This document shows positions 12,701 to 27,700 of a stretch of DNA of 64,000 nt, piece by piece (the first letter of the stretch is position 1; the number at the start of each line of letters is the position of its first letter). The notes beneath the pieces are model-generated. The model did no database searches. It worked only from the letters and a program-made list of their open reading frames with translations, and was not told the origin of the DNA. The stretch spans positions 5,518,001-5,582,000 of the forward strand of contig OZ004614.1 of NCBI GenBank assembly GCA_963924565.1. The letters are read 5' to 3'. The translations under genes and the position numbers were made by a program. This stretch comes from Ascidiella aspersa. Lineage: Eukaryota.

Positions 12701-15700
12701 GTCGCACGACAGAGAATAATACAGCGGCGCTCAACAAAGTAACAGATCGACCCTATCGAATTGGCCATCTGATATACCGCTCGCTATCGTAATGAGCCAA
12801 AGGATTAGAGAATTACCCGCATAGTGTTTCTAGAGACTGTTGTTTCGCACTGAAACGTATACTTTACAAAAATAGAATTAACCTGGAAGGGTCTACGTTT
12901 TTGGAGCATAATGGTTCGAGGTTGTAGTAAAACGTAATAAGAATATCAAAGCCCATACAGAAGTAGATAGCATTTTGATTGAAAATGAACAAAGAAGTAG
13001 GTATTTTTTTGTTGAAAATAAATAAAATGCTACCTACTCTGCATGGGCTTTGATGGTCTATGTTTTTTTGTGCCGTATTGGCAAAATTTGTCTGTTGTCA
13101 GATAATTTGCTTGTGTTTTTGTAATACAGCCAATGGCAATATTGAATCACGGCCTTGGCACGTTTTTTTATAACATTGATAATGTATCTGAACTTGATAT
13201 TGTCGATGTTACAATAGTATTAAAGACAGTTTGTACGTACTCTGTAATACATTTTCATTAACCATAAAGTTTTATGGTACTAAAAAACAGATGTCCAAAG
13301 AAAGGGCCGAATTTGCGCTATGAACTGTTTGCTTTATGTCGAAACATTCGGAGATAATGTTTGCCCAATGTAAATATTATATGTTAACCAGCTATTCCGA
13401 TTTCAAAATACGACTGATAGTGCATATTAGTTGATGTGCATTGTACATTGACATGATTGAAATTGCCGCTAAATAAGTGTTGAATCCGGCGTTGCAAATG
13501 AATAAAAAGCTGTAAAATTGGGTTGTTTCTAACTACAGTTTATTACACCGGGACGTTGTATATCTTTATGCTTTTGGTGGTATTTTTCAGTTTAAAAAAA
13601 CTTTTTTTCTGTTGAAAAAAGTAAACAAATAATATGGTACTTCTACACAACATCAACATGTTATCACAGATTTTTTAAGTAACCTATGGGTACGCATGTA
13701 CGCAATAAAACGACCCAAAACCAAAAACAACAAGAGAGTATACGGCCCATCTGACCGCCCTGTTACGCTAAATGTTGCTGAGTCATAGCAAAACCGCTTT
13801 TTGTGCACGGCCCATGTGCAAAACTGCAACCGTCAGCAAAAAAGAACGCGGCCAAGCGCGTAACGGTGAAAGTTTTTTCGACATGTGCCAAGAAATACGC
13901 CCGAACCTTTTACAGGTAAAGCGCGAATGCTTCAGTCGAGAACACACCATAAGACTCTCTAAAAAACAATATGTAAAGCAGGATATTTTATAATATCATT
14001 GTATTAAGACCAACGACATAATAAAGTCAAATAAACAGTAACATCAACGGCAGAATAAGACCGAAATTCGTCGGAATATGGCCCAAATAACGCCTCAAAA
14101 CTGTAGCTAGAGGATATGGCACGATCGGGGGCCGTCGGTCTATTTATTACGGGGGTTAGTTATGTACTTAGGGGTGAAGTTTGGGGTTAGGTAAAATGCT
14201 GTATAGGCCTGATGCTGGCCATTTGGGTTAAATTCAAACGAATTAAGGAATTATTCCGATTTAGACGTGATTACGATTATTATGGGTATCTCATTTTAGT
14301 CTTATTCCTAACTGTGTTTTATGCCGACTTTGATGTTGCTCTTATTTCGTCGTATGGCTGTTGGTCCCTTTAGTCGAAGTGTTAAACCACACAAAGACGC
14401 GATTCCACGCCAAAGTGAATGAAGCATCTTAAATCGCATTGCCAGACACGCCACCGCGAACCACGAGCAAAGGACTGTCAGGCGGAGACAAACACCTGGA
14501 CCGCAGTTGAAGCTTCGTTATTTGCCCAGTCGGCACGTCGCATATAGCGAACAACTTGAGTGAGCGAGTTTTGAAGAGGGTTTGGAGTGTTTTTTTGCGT
14601 AAAAACACTCTTCCATGCTTTTCGGGAATGCGGCCCTATAGGATTGTACGGCTGCTTACGAGAAGGTTTAATGAGTTTTGACCGTTGGGGCCGGGTTTAA
14701 TTTGGATAGTGTGTCGGCGTTTTTGTGTGCTAAGGATGGTTTACACTATAGACGCGTTTTGCTTTGGTAAAAATCTTACGTCGAATTGAAGATTTTTCCC
14801 ATTGGCCAAGAAAGAGGCCAGGAATTTTTGAGCAAGTCAGTAGTAGTCTGAGTCCGGTTCTCTTACAACATGTGTCCGTTAGGGAGCAGGTACCGCCACT
14901 GAGATGTGCCAAAGTTAAAATTACGCAAAGCAGATGGTAAAAGTATAACAAATTATCAGTACTTGGTGTTATTTCAAATTTGAGTTATGCTGCACCCCAA
15001 AAAACAGGTTTTCTAAGTTACTTTATTCATATAGAATAGCAGCGTAAACCTTGGGTGAGCTCCAAAAGTCGACAAAGACAGGTTACGAAGTTAGTTCGAG
15101 CATTATTCCTTTCTAATGGCATTTAAAAATAAGGTTGCTGCAAAAACGATTATAGGAATCTGTTTAAGATGAAAGAACAGTTTAATCAATAGATTAATTA
15201 TGTGTGACCTAAACAGAAACCTAATCTTAGTCACTTATTACATAATAATTTGATCTTTTACAATTGATGTGATTAGTTGTAAGTATGATTGGATTTAAGT
15301 TTGAGAGTGTTGAAGTATAATATGGTCAATAAGAAGAATAATCCCTACGCATTGTCCATTTGTTTGCAAAGGGCGGGGTGATGCCTATTGACAAACGTTC
15401 AGTTTGACATTGAAAACTATTGATTTAAAATGCAGTGCGGCTGCACGATCCAATTTTAGAATAATAAATGTTTCGAACGTAATTAAACCTAAATATAATT
15501 GACTACATATTCCATGAATAATTCAGTGCATTATAAGGCAGGTGAGCCCAATGCGCCCGTAACTTTCGCATCGCGTTATACACATGGCGCGAATATCGAT
15601 TGGTCTGTCTAAATTCGTACGTGATTATTGACTATGTGTCGGCGTGTATCCGTCCGCGATAGTTCGTGAATTACAATCAGCCAGTATTTCCGACGAGCGT

Positions 15701-18700
15701 GTCACGCACCTAATCTCTGCCTTGCAAGACTGAAATGCAAGCGAATATAATCAGTTTAATGAAATACACACACACATATATGTGAGTTTATAACTGTGAT
15801 CTAGACCTTCTGAAGATGCTGTTTGACTAACGATTACAGCTTACGTATCATTAGAAATCGAAAGCAGCTTCAGGAGGGCTAGATCACAGTTGTTAACCCA
15901 AATATGAGTGTGTGTAACTGTGTATCTTTCATTGAATAATTATATTGTACTACATAGCCCTCCGTCAAAGTGACGTTGCTTTTACTAACATAATGTACCA
16001 AGCACTGGCCAATGCTTGTTTCTCGACTCATCTCTGTTCCTGTGTAACTCAGTTGACAAAGCGACGGTCTCGGCTTGACCGGGTCGTGAGTTCGAACCTC
16101 ACTGCAGGCCATAGTTGTTTTTCAAGCCTGCCTTGCTTGCATATTGATAAAAAGATTCGGTCTGCGATGGCTTTCGATGATGTACGAACTAAATGAGCTC
16201 ACAATTTCGTTCGCAATTCAAATGATCCGCCCGGTTTTAAATATGTCCAACGGCGCACAAAGGATAGATAAAAACGGTAAAGTATAGTCGACAGTCTTCG
16301 TTTTAGGGATAGGGCTACAAAGGTAGCTGAAGCACCTAAATCCCCTTCTCAGCAAAGGCGGCTAAGTTACGAACAAATATGGACACTTCGCTCGTCTCGC
16401 CAAGCAGTGCGGTTGGCCTTTTTGTTAAGGCGACGCTTCAATATTTTAAGAGCCTTGTTCCGCAATGCTAACGGCTAGGGGCGGCAAATGACGAACACGG
16501 AAAGTTTGATGGGCGTGAGCCCGCGAAAAAATTTGCAAATCAAATGCAGTTCAAGAAAGTAAATCAGCGCAGAACCCTTAAGCCAGATTTGCAAAATGAT
16601 GGTTTCTATATTGTCGGTATAGTAAGAAAAAAAACTTTACCTTTTGAAAGACTAGTTTCGCCGATGTACTACTATAGAACAGATTACACGTTATATAACG
16701 ATTCGGACAACATAATGAAACAGCAAAGAGAGACCTAAAATAGCGTCTGTCGTGAAATATATGCCAAAATGCAACGAACCCCTTGTATATGCGCGTTGGG
16801 ATTAGGGAGTGTAGGGTTTACTGATGTCATTTGACATCGATGAGACAGGTAATCGTTATACAGTTTCTCAATTTATTTTGCGGTAAAATAAATGGGTGAC
16901 CTAATTTTACCAATCGAAACAGGGTTACGTTGACAAATCTGTATGACCCAGTGAATATAGCGTGTTCCCATCTCCAGGGAATTACATAATCTTCTATTGA
17001 CGTCCGACAATGCACTTAACGTCGCTATACTAAGTCATAACATAGACGTAATATTTTGTGTTACGTAATTCAGTATGTAGTTTTGACCCGTGGTTGGATC
17101 ATTATCATAGTTTCGTAGTGTTAATGTTAACTTTATTAGTGCAGATATGAGAGGTTATTAACTGGGTTCTGTTGACCTATAGGCCTAATTTTAGAGGATC
17201 CATAAAGGCCCCAAAAATATAATTTTGTAAATGAAAAAAAAAGTTTTTATTGAAAAACACGCTTTGGCGCCTTCTTCCTAAAAACGTTTTTAAAATTTAT
17301 TTTAGCTTTATCTAGGTTGAATCGAAAACAGCAGGTTTCCTAGGCCTACTTGTTTTATGACGTCATCTCTAAAAATTCCACGCCTATCCTGGTCCACAAA
17401 AATCAAAAACATTCTGAGTATATAGTTTACATAAAGTGTTTGAAAGTTCAAGCGTCGCATTATGCGGTCAATCTTTAGGGGCAATTCAAATCCGACCTCG
17501 CTTTCTCTAACATACAGTTTTGAACGTTACTCCACGAGTGCTCCTGTCAGCTGACCCATTGTATGGCGTCCCGGCTAGGCGCCGACTTTTCTTAGTGTTT
17601 GTCCTGTCGTCCGAAAGGCCATCGTAAATTGTTCGCTCAAAAAACAAACGCGTCCGGTGTTACCGCCAAACAACACACCGAGATTTCAGACCAGGCGAAA
17701 AGACCTGATGGTTAACGGCAACTTGAAAGCGTAGAAACAGTTAGGACAAATTTGGTGTAGGCGTCGTATATCGCATATAGTAATTTTTTTAATTTTTTTC
17801 TCATTTTAGTGGATTTACTTAAGTCGTAGGGAAAACGAAAGTTTAGTGAAGGTAAAGCTTTGTGGCTGGTTTGTGTTAACATTGGTCAAGAAGAAGCACG
17901 AGAATTGCAAAAGTTCAGCCCCCATGTGTTTTTTTAACACAACGTGAAAGTACACTGGGGGTTCCCAACCTTTTTCACACCGTGGCCCCCTATTTTTTTC
18001 AACCTTTTGAAAAAAATAAGAAATATCATTTTAATTTAAAAAACTGGTTTATACAGTAACCGGTAGTTAGAATGGTAAAATGATATATATATATAACACA
18101 TTGTGGTTTACACACTTATTCGTCATGTACAGATATGTAAAACCAAGCTTAAGTTAACTTTCATCACACTTTCTTCTTTTAGCAGGTGTAGCCATTGCGC
18201 AAATTTTAAAACATAGGCCCCCAGGTTGGAAACCCTTGCTATACAGTCTACATTCGGAAAACGAATCTTTGTTTGTCACGCGTTAAGTCGTAGGCTCGCA
18301 GCAAGTGTATAGTTAATGGCCGCATGTTGGCTTCAATGTAGTGCCAGTCGACGATATATTGCTAAATGATGACGTTCGCCAGATTGAGAACGTTGACGTT
18401 GGTCTTGAGATTACAAAGGTTTATAGCGTTTGCTCACTTGCCCCATTCACATTGGCTGATGGGAGGGAGCGAACAGCGGTGGTGTTTGCCAACTGTTTTG
18501 ACCGAAGTCTTTGACAGGAATTATGGCGAAGATTCCTCGAAATGACAGAAGGGCCAGCTATAAGTGCCAGTGTATTGCGAAACGGCCAGCGTAAGTTTAA
18601 TTTATAGGAAAAAAATACGGAATTTATAGCCGTTAAACAACCAAAAAAGCAATTAAGTTCACGTTTAGCGCCCAGCATCAAGACAGCCAAAAATGTGGAA

Positions 18701-21700
18701 GGTTTTGGTTGGGTTTTTTACGTTTTGCCTAATTTGTTTTTTTATCACTATTCTACTGACAAATATTTCCATCTTGAAATGGGGTTTTAGTGATTATAAA
18801 GCTCTGCGACACAAGTCTTTTCTGTGTACTCGGACCGGACAGTCTCAATAGCTGGCACTGTATGCCTGCGTATTGTCATAAACGAAAACAGGAGCCGTTT
18901 ATATGGCAAAAAGGGCAATTCCATTATGAGAAAAGTGCCAAAAGGTGAAAAATTCGCATGCAAGAGAGAAAGACTCCGAGTAATTATATTCAGGCTATGG
19001 TTTATTTCCAAGAATAGGATTTTTCGCAAGGTTTATCTAATTTACAAGGCCGCAACTGCTAGATGCATAACCCAGTGCATTTTAAGCCTCGTTTGACCTT
19101 TTTACTTGTCAGCGGACCACGTTCGGTTTCTACATGTACCTGAACCTCGAATATATCCAGGATGCCAGCCCCGGGTTAAACCCTTCTTACCCCAATTTCG
19201 GTACGACCGCTATCTCTCGCACTACGAGACAAACTGCGCAACAAACTGTTTGCCTTCGCTGCCAGTCACTCGCATTCAAACGTATGCGCGCAACCTTAAC
19301 CGTGGCAACAGCACCGGTGCGCGTGAATCGGGCGACGCCAACCACACGTCATAGTTGATAAGGCGTGACAACAAAACGCCAACTTTTAGCGTGACGTCAC
19401 AATGGGGTTGCGCGGGTTCGTGGCGGCGAACATTGAGCGGGAATAATTTATGCGGCGAAGGAAGGCCTTGCGCCGCTACAAAAGTGCATTGTGTTGAGCG
19501 CTCGGCATGTTCTTGCAACCAGTGTTGTAAACAAGTCATTTTGAAATGACTTAAGTCCAGTCAAGTCATTTGAAAAAATAACAAGTTGAGTCCCAGTTCA
19601 AGTCATCGGTTGCCCAAGTCTCAGTAAAGTCATTATGAAAGCAAGTCAAAAGTCTTGTCATTGACATAAAAGTAAACTGTAAAACTATTAAAAATTGGTA
19701 AACTCATCCGATTATAAGCAATAATTTAACTAAAAAAATAACACAAACGCAATATACAGCACTAAAAGTGTTTAATGTGCAAACTTTACACTTAATTTAA
19801 TCCCAAGTTATTTGACAAAATAACTTAAGTCCAAGTCAAGTAACTTATCCATAATACTTAAGTCAAGTCAAGTCATTTTGGTCAAACGACTTAAGTTGAG
19901 TCAAGTCATTTAAAAACAGTGACTTGAGTCATGGCAACACTTCTTGCAACTCAGACGAGTGTTTTTTTGTTGCAGATGCTTTTCAGCTCTTGTTAGGTCT
20001 TAAATGCGATCAATCCGCTTAATATACGCTCGCCTGATCGCTTTGTATTCTGGCCTTGCCGCAATTGTGCAGGAAATATGCAATAACTGCTTAGTGCTTA
20101 GACATAAGGACCATTGAGTCCAATATTTGTATCGTATAAAGACTGTCATTTCCCAATGGGTTTCGGAATACCCTTTTGTGCGTTGGATCACCGCTTTTAA
20201 TTTCAACAGTTTTCAGTACTTTCGCTTTGTAGAGTATTATCGGACCACTAAAGAGACCGAAATGGTCTACAAAAAAAATGCGTTTTATTAGTTTTGGTTA
20301 TTTTTTCATACTTGGTTGGAATAGCCAGTCACCTAATCCAGACATTTAAAAAAAAAAACTGTATGAAGTTTGACTTCAAACACCTTGTTAGACATATCCA
20401 AAAGTATATACCTAAAACATCGAGTCCAATATTGATATCGTATATAAAGGTTGCTATTTCCCAATGGGTTTCGGCATACCCTCTCTAAGTTAGATCATTT
20501 TAAATTAACCGGAGTAAATAACAGTTTCCACTGAATAAACGCTATCAATAAAAAACGCCGCCTTTGTACGGTTTGTAATGTAGCTTGATAATAATGAATT
20601 GCAAAGCCAAAAAGGTTGAGTAGATCGACATCATCTTGATTAAGACGTTTCTATACGAGCTTGTATCATCTTCAGTTAATCCTCAAGTCAAACGCGGTCC
20701 TTAAAGTCGCAAAAAACTCAAAAACCCTTCAAGCCTCAGTCGTTCGAGTAAAAAAAAAAAAGTTCGAGTAAACATTTGCCTCCACGCCTCACACAAGCCG
20801 TACAAAAAGTTTTAGCGCACAATCCACATAACGAAATGCACAGCAAAGCGAATGGGTGCTGGTGTTTTGAAACTCAATATTGCAAAATGTGCTCGCAATT
20901 TAGGCACGCATAAACACCCCTCAAGCCTAAAGCCATTTGAGTGAGAATTTACTAAAATCTATACTAAAAGTCTTAGCGCACAATCCACATAGTGAAATGC
21001 ACGGCGAAGCGAACCTGTGCTGGTGTGTTTTGAAACGGCACACCGGGCGTATGAAGAGATTCCTTGGTAGTGTGTAGTCATGCGGTTACGCATTTGGGGC
21101 CGCTACAAAGCCAAAGCGCCGATGCGGCTTAGAAAAGACCCCAAACGTGGCCGCAAGGAAAAAAGGCGCACCTATGTAGGCAACAAGTGCATTGTGTTAC
21201 GGAGGTCGCGTTTTTCCCGTTGGATGCGCACGAAAAGTTGCGGTGCGTCCGTGCCGAAAAAAAAAGAGTTTGCGTTGCAAAAGGGCTGCGCTGCTGGTTC
21301 ACGATTAGTGTACGGTTTTTGTAGAGTGGCGGTAGCGCAGGGTTGACCAACTATGCGAAGTGTTCAGTGCTGTTTTTTTATTCGAAACAGTTTGATGCTG
21401 TATTGCTCATTCGTAAAACTATCATCGCCAGGTTGCTGCGTGCATGTTAAAAACAGGGCTTTAGACAGATTTCGGGACCCCAACTGGCGGGTCCACTTGG
21501 CTTAGCAGCAGGCAATTGTCTGTTCTTGCGGCCAGAAAAAATGGCCGAACCGTCTGCAGTTGAATAGCAAACCGTCGCAGTCTTGGCGCTTTTTATTTGA
21601 TTGTTGCATTTTATGTATATTTTGTAAATTTAATTTTCCGACGGTGTCAAGCTTTAAATATCGTGAGGAAATCGTTGTGGTCTTATGTCCAGTTTCGGCT

Positions 21701-24700
21701 GAGCATAAGGTAAACGTTAAACCTTAAAGTAAGTAATTTTGTGTCGGTCTTAACAAACACAAACAGCGGCAAGGGTAACTAACGTATAAGGCAACTGTGG
21801 CCAATGGTGTGCTTTGTCGCTGTCTAAATTTGCGATTGCTGGTTTTCTTAAGCCAACCCAAGGTGAGTGTGGAAATTTTAGATCTCTAACGTAAATTTTA
21901 GATGCTCGTTGGGGACTTTGAAATCGAACAGCCATATGTCAAACTTGAGCAGTTATGATTTTTTGATCGAATATTAAAAGCATAGCTCGATTGATATTTT
22001 TTACATGCGATGGTTTTTAAAGAGCATGTCTTGTAGTTTATATCGTAAAAAAATTAGCGAGAAATCTCGACAAATAGGTCTAATATGGCTGAATATTAAT
22101 ATTCGAAAAAAAATATATATTAATATTTTTTGGCTAAAAGTGTGTTTGCTGGATTGACAAAGCCACTACAAGGAATGTAGAAAAGTTTCAGTTTATTAGC
22201 GGCACAACTATAGAGATAATGCCCGAAAACAATCTCTGCGCTTTCCACTGCTGATCGAACACGTGTCTTCTTTACTTAAAACGTCGCTGACACTAGAATA
22301 TAGACGAATAGGCAAGCCATTGATTTGCGCGCGGAAAATCCCAGAAGATCATATCTTTTTCGTCTATTTTCGATTATCTTCAATATCAATAAGGTTTATA
22401 ATCTTTAGGAGCGCCTATAAGCAATGTTATACAGGTCGGCTAGGCTTGCCGTGTCGAAAGTGATTTTTTTCGGGGCCTTAATGAGCGCTTTTCCTGCTGC
22501 CTTGGTAAGATAATATCGGGCCTCAATTTTTCGCAAGACAGTCTAACATGTTTTGGAGGTTTACAAGTAGAGTTGGACCGCGACCGGCGATGCTATCAAG
22601 CTTTTCGTGTTGTGCGAAGATCCGACTTGGACTTTCATCGATGTCGACTGAGTCCCAGCGCCAAACATACAAATAAAAAGGTTTAAATTAGGCTTTATCC
22701 ATCGCTGCCTGTAAAGGCCATGACATCCCTGCCATTATCAAACATCTACGCTTTTTTCATCTTCGGAACAACTGAGTTTGGAATGATACAAGCAATGACG
22801 TTTTTCTCAATGTTTGTGTTTTGATTGCTTGCGTAAATCCAAATTCGAGGGGTGGAAATTAATGTTAGTACGTTTTACGACAACAAACTGCGCTTTGTGT
22901 AAAATCGTGGCAATTTGTTCGGCCCTGATGGGCACCTTTAAATCGAGCTTGTATAAACAACAGATTCTATCGACAAGCGCTAAAATGCATATTGTTCCTT
23001 GTACCAAGTTCCGGCGCTGAATAGGTGTTAAACGCTCAGTGCGCAAATGCATGCGTACCAAGTTTAATTCAACGGAATTGACAGCTCATTATGGTCTATT
23101 TCACTTAATCTAGTGGTTAGCAAACCAAAATACTCTTTCCACGGTCAAGGCCCACTACGTAAAACCATTAAGAAAACAGGGGAGTATCCAATTTTTCGAA
23201 TGACGTTACAAAGTTGCGTTGAAAACAAGTATTGAAACACGTATTGTTCTCATGCGAAAATTTGCAGCTACAATCTTGTCTAATATCGCGCAGCGCGAAA
23301 AAAAAGTCGAAAACACATTTTTTTCGGGGGGCTGCCACGTAAAAGACATTGCACATAATAGCCCGCGGCCCACAAAAATGGCTTTAAAGGCCCACAGTTT
23401 TTCGACCACTGACTAAATCTACTACTTAAGTCATTTAAATCAGTTAAGTGCATAATGAAACGGCATTAAAAATGCAATTTCGCCCGATTCATCTAAAAAT
23501 CGAAAGGTGCCAGTGAAAGTGATATAGCCCAGTGACAGCCCGAATAGAAAATCGTTATATAGCGAATTATGTAGAGTAACGCGCATTTTCGCGATATTAA
23601 TGAGGCTGCGAATCGATGTTACGTCGATGCAGAGCGGCTTAATTCAGGAATCAAAGAAGAGCGGTGATTAAGCATGAGACAAGAGAACACTGTGGCCCTT
23701 GGGTGACTGCCAACTGCGTGGCAGCACAATCATAGGCCAAATTTCACGAAATTCTGTAACGCGGGGAAAAAGGGGATGGTGTAACGCGTGATACCAATCT
23801 CGGCGGGGGCGCTTTTGTTATTTTCGAGTTTGGGATACGCGCGTAAGATCTAATACGTACTTGCAGACGGATCTCGAACAATCTCCAGTGTGGGTTGCAG
23901 GACTAATAGACCGCAGGAGTAAACAGATCAGTTAACATGAAAAAATGACAGCTGCTGGCGTTCAAGACGCATCGCACTGAACACCATTGGATGGAACATA
24001 CGTGTGTATAAAACCACCCACCTCGTCACGGCGCTTCAGTGGGGCAAAGATATCAAAAGAAAGACGAAGTGAAACGATACGGGGAAAATGTGTTAAAACG
24101 GCTGGCCGATTTTGCCGCCGACGCCATTAGAAATTCCCGAAGGACAAGTGAGTTTGGTCAGGACTATACAAAGCTCAGCTGAGAAGGATAGGACAGCGAA
24201 TTAGGAAAACTTAGACGACATCGGTATTAAAAGCGATGCACCTGTTGATGGTGGCGTTTGGACGCGAGGCGTTTACCTTAAAGCCGATCTTTTCAGTCAA
24301 TGCGTACGGAACGTTAAAAAACAAAGGCAATGGTCAGAACTATACAAAGCTCAGCTGACAAGGATAGGACAGCGAATTAGTAAAACTTAGACGACATCGG
24401 TATTAAAAGCGATGCACCTGTTGATGGTGGCGTTTGGAGGCGAGGCGCTAACCTTAAAGCCGATCTTTTCAGTCAATGTGTACTGAATGTTAAAAAGCAA
24501 ACGCAATGATTGGCACAGGGCGATGTGCGCCCTTTTGCTTATCATGCCTGCCTGATCCACGTCGCCCCACTTTCTTAAACCGCAAAAAAAATCAGCTTTA
24601 AAAATACGGGCTAGTTCCCGTCCGCGTCTAGTTCCCGTCCAAGTCCAAAATGTTATTTATTTTCCACGTAATATTTGATTTTTATTGTTTAGTCCCGCCT

Positions 24701-27700
24701 TACAATCGCGTTCGAAAGATCACGCAGGAAGGCGGGCAACAAACGGTGGCTTGCTCCGGAGAAAACTAATATTTGACTTTAGGGCGCTGGATAAGTTGGA
24801 AGAATCGTTGTGTAGGTGTAACGCGTTTAGGCCTGGAGAAATTATTTGAAGCAGGCAGGCGAGCGGGTAAAATACTTAATAAACAATTTTTTGTATGTCA
24901 ACCAAAGAACGGTGGCCAATTTTGCTGTAATTTTATTAAAAAAAAACAATAGTTGGCCCATAGGATTTGCCATTTATAAATTGTAGATGTGCTGCTTCGC
25001 CGTTAATTTCCTACCAAAGGAAAACCGTTAAAGCACTATTAGATCTTTCTTGGTTTTGGTGCTATGAGAATTTCATGAAAGTGTATCGACGACATAAAAA
25101 ACACAATCACAGCACGAATCCGATCAATCTATAGTAAAGGAATGATAAAGGTTTAAAGCGGGTGATATTGGCTTGAAAAACAATTTAAAACATGTTTTGT
25201 TTTCAGTGGGTCCATAAAATTAGCCCTATAGGAAATTATTTTTCTTATCGAGTGAGGGGACGATTGCCTTTTCCGAACAATACACTTTAATACGTTTATT
25301 TTAAGGTGAACAAGCCTATAGCAGCAATAGAGAAAGGCTGTTTACGTTTTTAAACGCTACCAGGAAAAACAACGAGCATGTGGGCATGAAAACTCTGTAG
25401 CTTGCCCAAAGGTTTGATAATGGACGACATGTTGTTATTAAACGAGACCACGTCACGCAATATGACGTCATTCAGCGTCAGTGGAAACGTCACGGCGATG
25501 GACCAATACGCAAACGCCAGCGAAGAAACTGACGTAATTTCAGGTAAGTTCATGTCGAAACTCTAAAGCAGGGGTTCTTAAACTGGGGTTCATGCACCCC
25601 TAGGGGGTCCGTGGAACAAGTTTTAGGGGGTCCGTGAAGGCCTAATTGAAATGTTAGTGTATATTTAAGGAGTAATCAAGTTTTGAAAGAAAATAGTTCA
25701 ATTAAAATCAAACGGTTTTGCACTGGATGTATTTAGACTGAAATCAGTGGATTTCTCTAGTCTATTTAATTGTGACACCAACCTGTGACGTAATTTTTGA
25801 AAATCTCTTGCCTACCGTGGTCCACGCGAAGCCAAACAATTTCCATAGGCGTGCGCGATCAAAAAAAAGTTAAAGAACGCCTGCTCTAAAGGTAAGGAAA
25901 ATTTCCGGATTTGAAATCACAGCAAAACGTAACAAAAACGACGATTTACGATTTCTGGTTAATTTATTAACCTCGCGGAACTTTTTAAATCTTTTTATTA
26001 CTTTTGGAAAACTCGTTACCAAAACACCGCCGAACCCCATGCTCAATTGATCACACTTTTCGCTTTTTCAATTTTGTTTTTTCGGTATATTGCGGTAAGA
26101 TTTTAGTGGCGTTTATTAAGATATTAGCCAAGGACTGTTTTGTTCTTTTATGCTGTCAATTTATTAAAAAAATTTAAAGTATGTTGATTAGTTGTGCGCC
26201 AACAGACTAAATTTGGTACTTTTATAAGATAATGAGGCATTTTCGTTTATGGTGGATCTCGTAAAATTCTACCCAAGACCTTTAAATACGCCGTAAAAGA
26301 GTGAAGTAGTCTAACGTTAGGCATACAAAAAATAAAACAAATATTTTGGAGTATAATGGTTGGAGGTTGTAGTGAGACGTAGCGAGAATACCGAAGCCCA
26401 TACTGTATATAGGTAACATTTTGATGTTGAAAATGAATAAAGAATTATTCGAAACGTTCAAAATGATACCTATTTGTGTATGGGCTTTGATATTCGTACT
26501 GCGGATTAAAACAAATATTGCTCCTTAAGCACTCCAGTAGTGGGGGAATTTAATCACTGCTTGTAGCTGTAGAATACCCCGATTGCAAACCAGTACAAAC
26601 AGTGCTGTTCGTGGACATTTCAATCATTTCTTTAAGCGCTTAAAGAAACGAGGTCGAAAAATCCAAATCGATTTGTGTAATTTCGCGTAAAAAATAATCC
26701 TAAGATGAAGCTGCTTTTAGAATCAATCGGCAAAAGGGATAGAAAGGTAAAGGCTTTGGATTCCACGGATAGCGGCATTGCGTCAGTTGTACAACCTAAC
26801 CGTTGCTATTTCGCAGAGACGGCCGCCTATTGGATGACGCTGACCGGCGTCATAGTGGGCTCCATTGTGACGTTGCTGGGCACGATTGGCAACGGAGCCA
26901 CGATCGAGGCGTACCGCCGCAACCGCAAGTTACAGACCACCTTCAACCACCTGATTACCAACCTGTGCGTTATCGATCTAATTTATTCTGCCGTGGTGAG
27001 TTCTATGAGTAGGTCAAATGATTATCAAGTGTACCTGACTTGGAAAGACCGAATCTTAGGCTAATCGAGAGTGCATCAGCCAAATAGCGTATAGCGTTTT
27101 CATTTTTTTCGGAATTGCTAAGGTTTTTAACTATTAAATTTAATTTAAAATGCTTAAAAGGAAGTCATTTTGCTTATGCATCTGCGTTGTATTATTGTCC
27201 TTAATCGTCGTTTTCGACAAAGTTTTCAGCCATAAATAGCAAAACGTTGCCAAAGCTAAAAGTTATCTAATCTCTGTGCAAGGTGATAAACACTACACTC
27301 ATACGTAAAGGCATCATACATTTACACACTTCCAAATTTATACCGTGCTTTAAAAGTCTATATTCGGCCACGAATCGACAGTACAGCCAAGAAGTATATG
27401 CCGTTTTTTATCGATTTTTTAGTAGAATATAGGTAATGCATTTTACTACTAAATTGACAATGCTAAAAAGAAAGTTATTTTGTTAATGCATCTGTGTTGC
27501 ATTGCTGCTTCTTACCGTTGTAAGTTCTATATTACTTTCGATTGGCAACATGACAACAGAAGGTAGACTTGTGGTAGAAACGAGCAAGATTACTTGGCTC
27601 GGCCAAATAATGACGAACGGCATTACTTGATTGTTAGCGTAGTTTATACAAAGAAGGAAATGTGTATATAAGAGTAAACGATGTTCCAACTATTGTCCTC

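Noticed and set aside
15810-15875. CTGAAGATG...CGAAAGC in the 200-bp palindrome as a hammerhead
   Set aside because: Both motifs are part of the mutually complementary arms; no clean helix II or NUH placement.
16039-16111. Functional tRNA gene
   Set aside because: D and anticodon stems are irregular and CCA is encoded; better explained as a SINE head.
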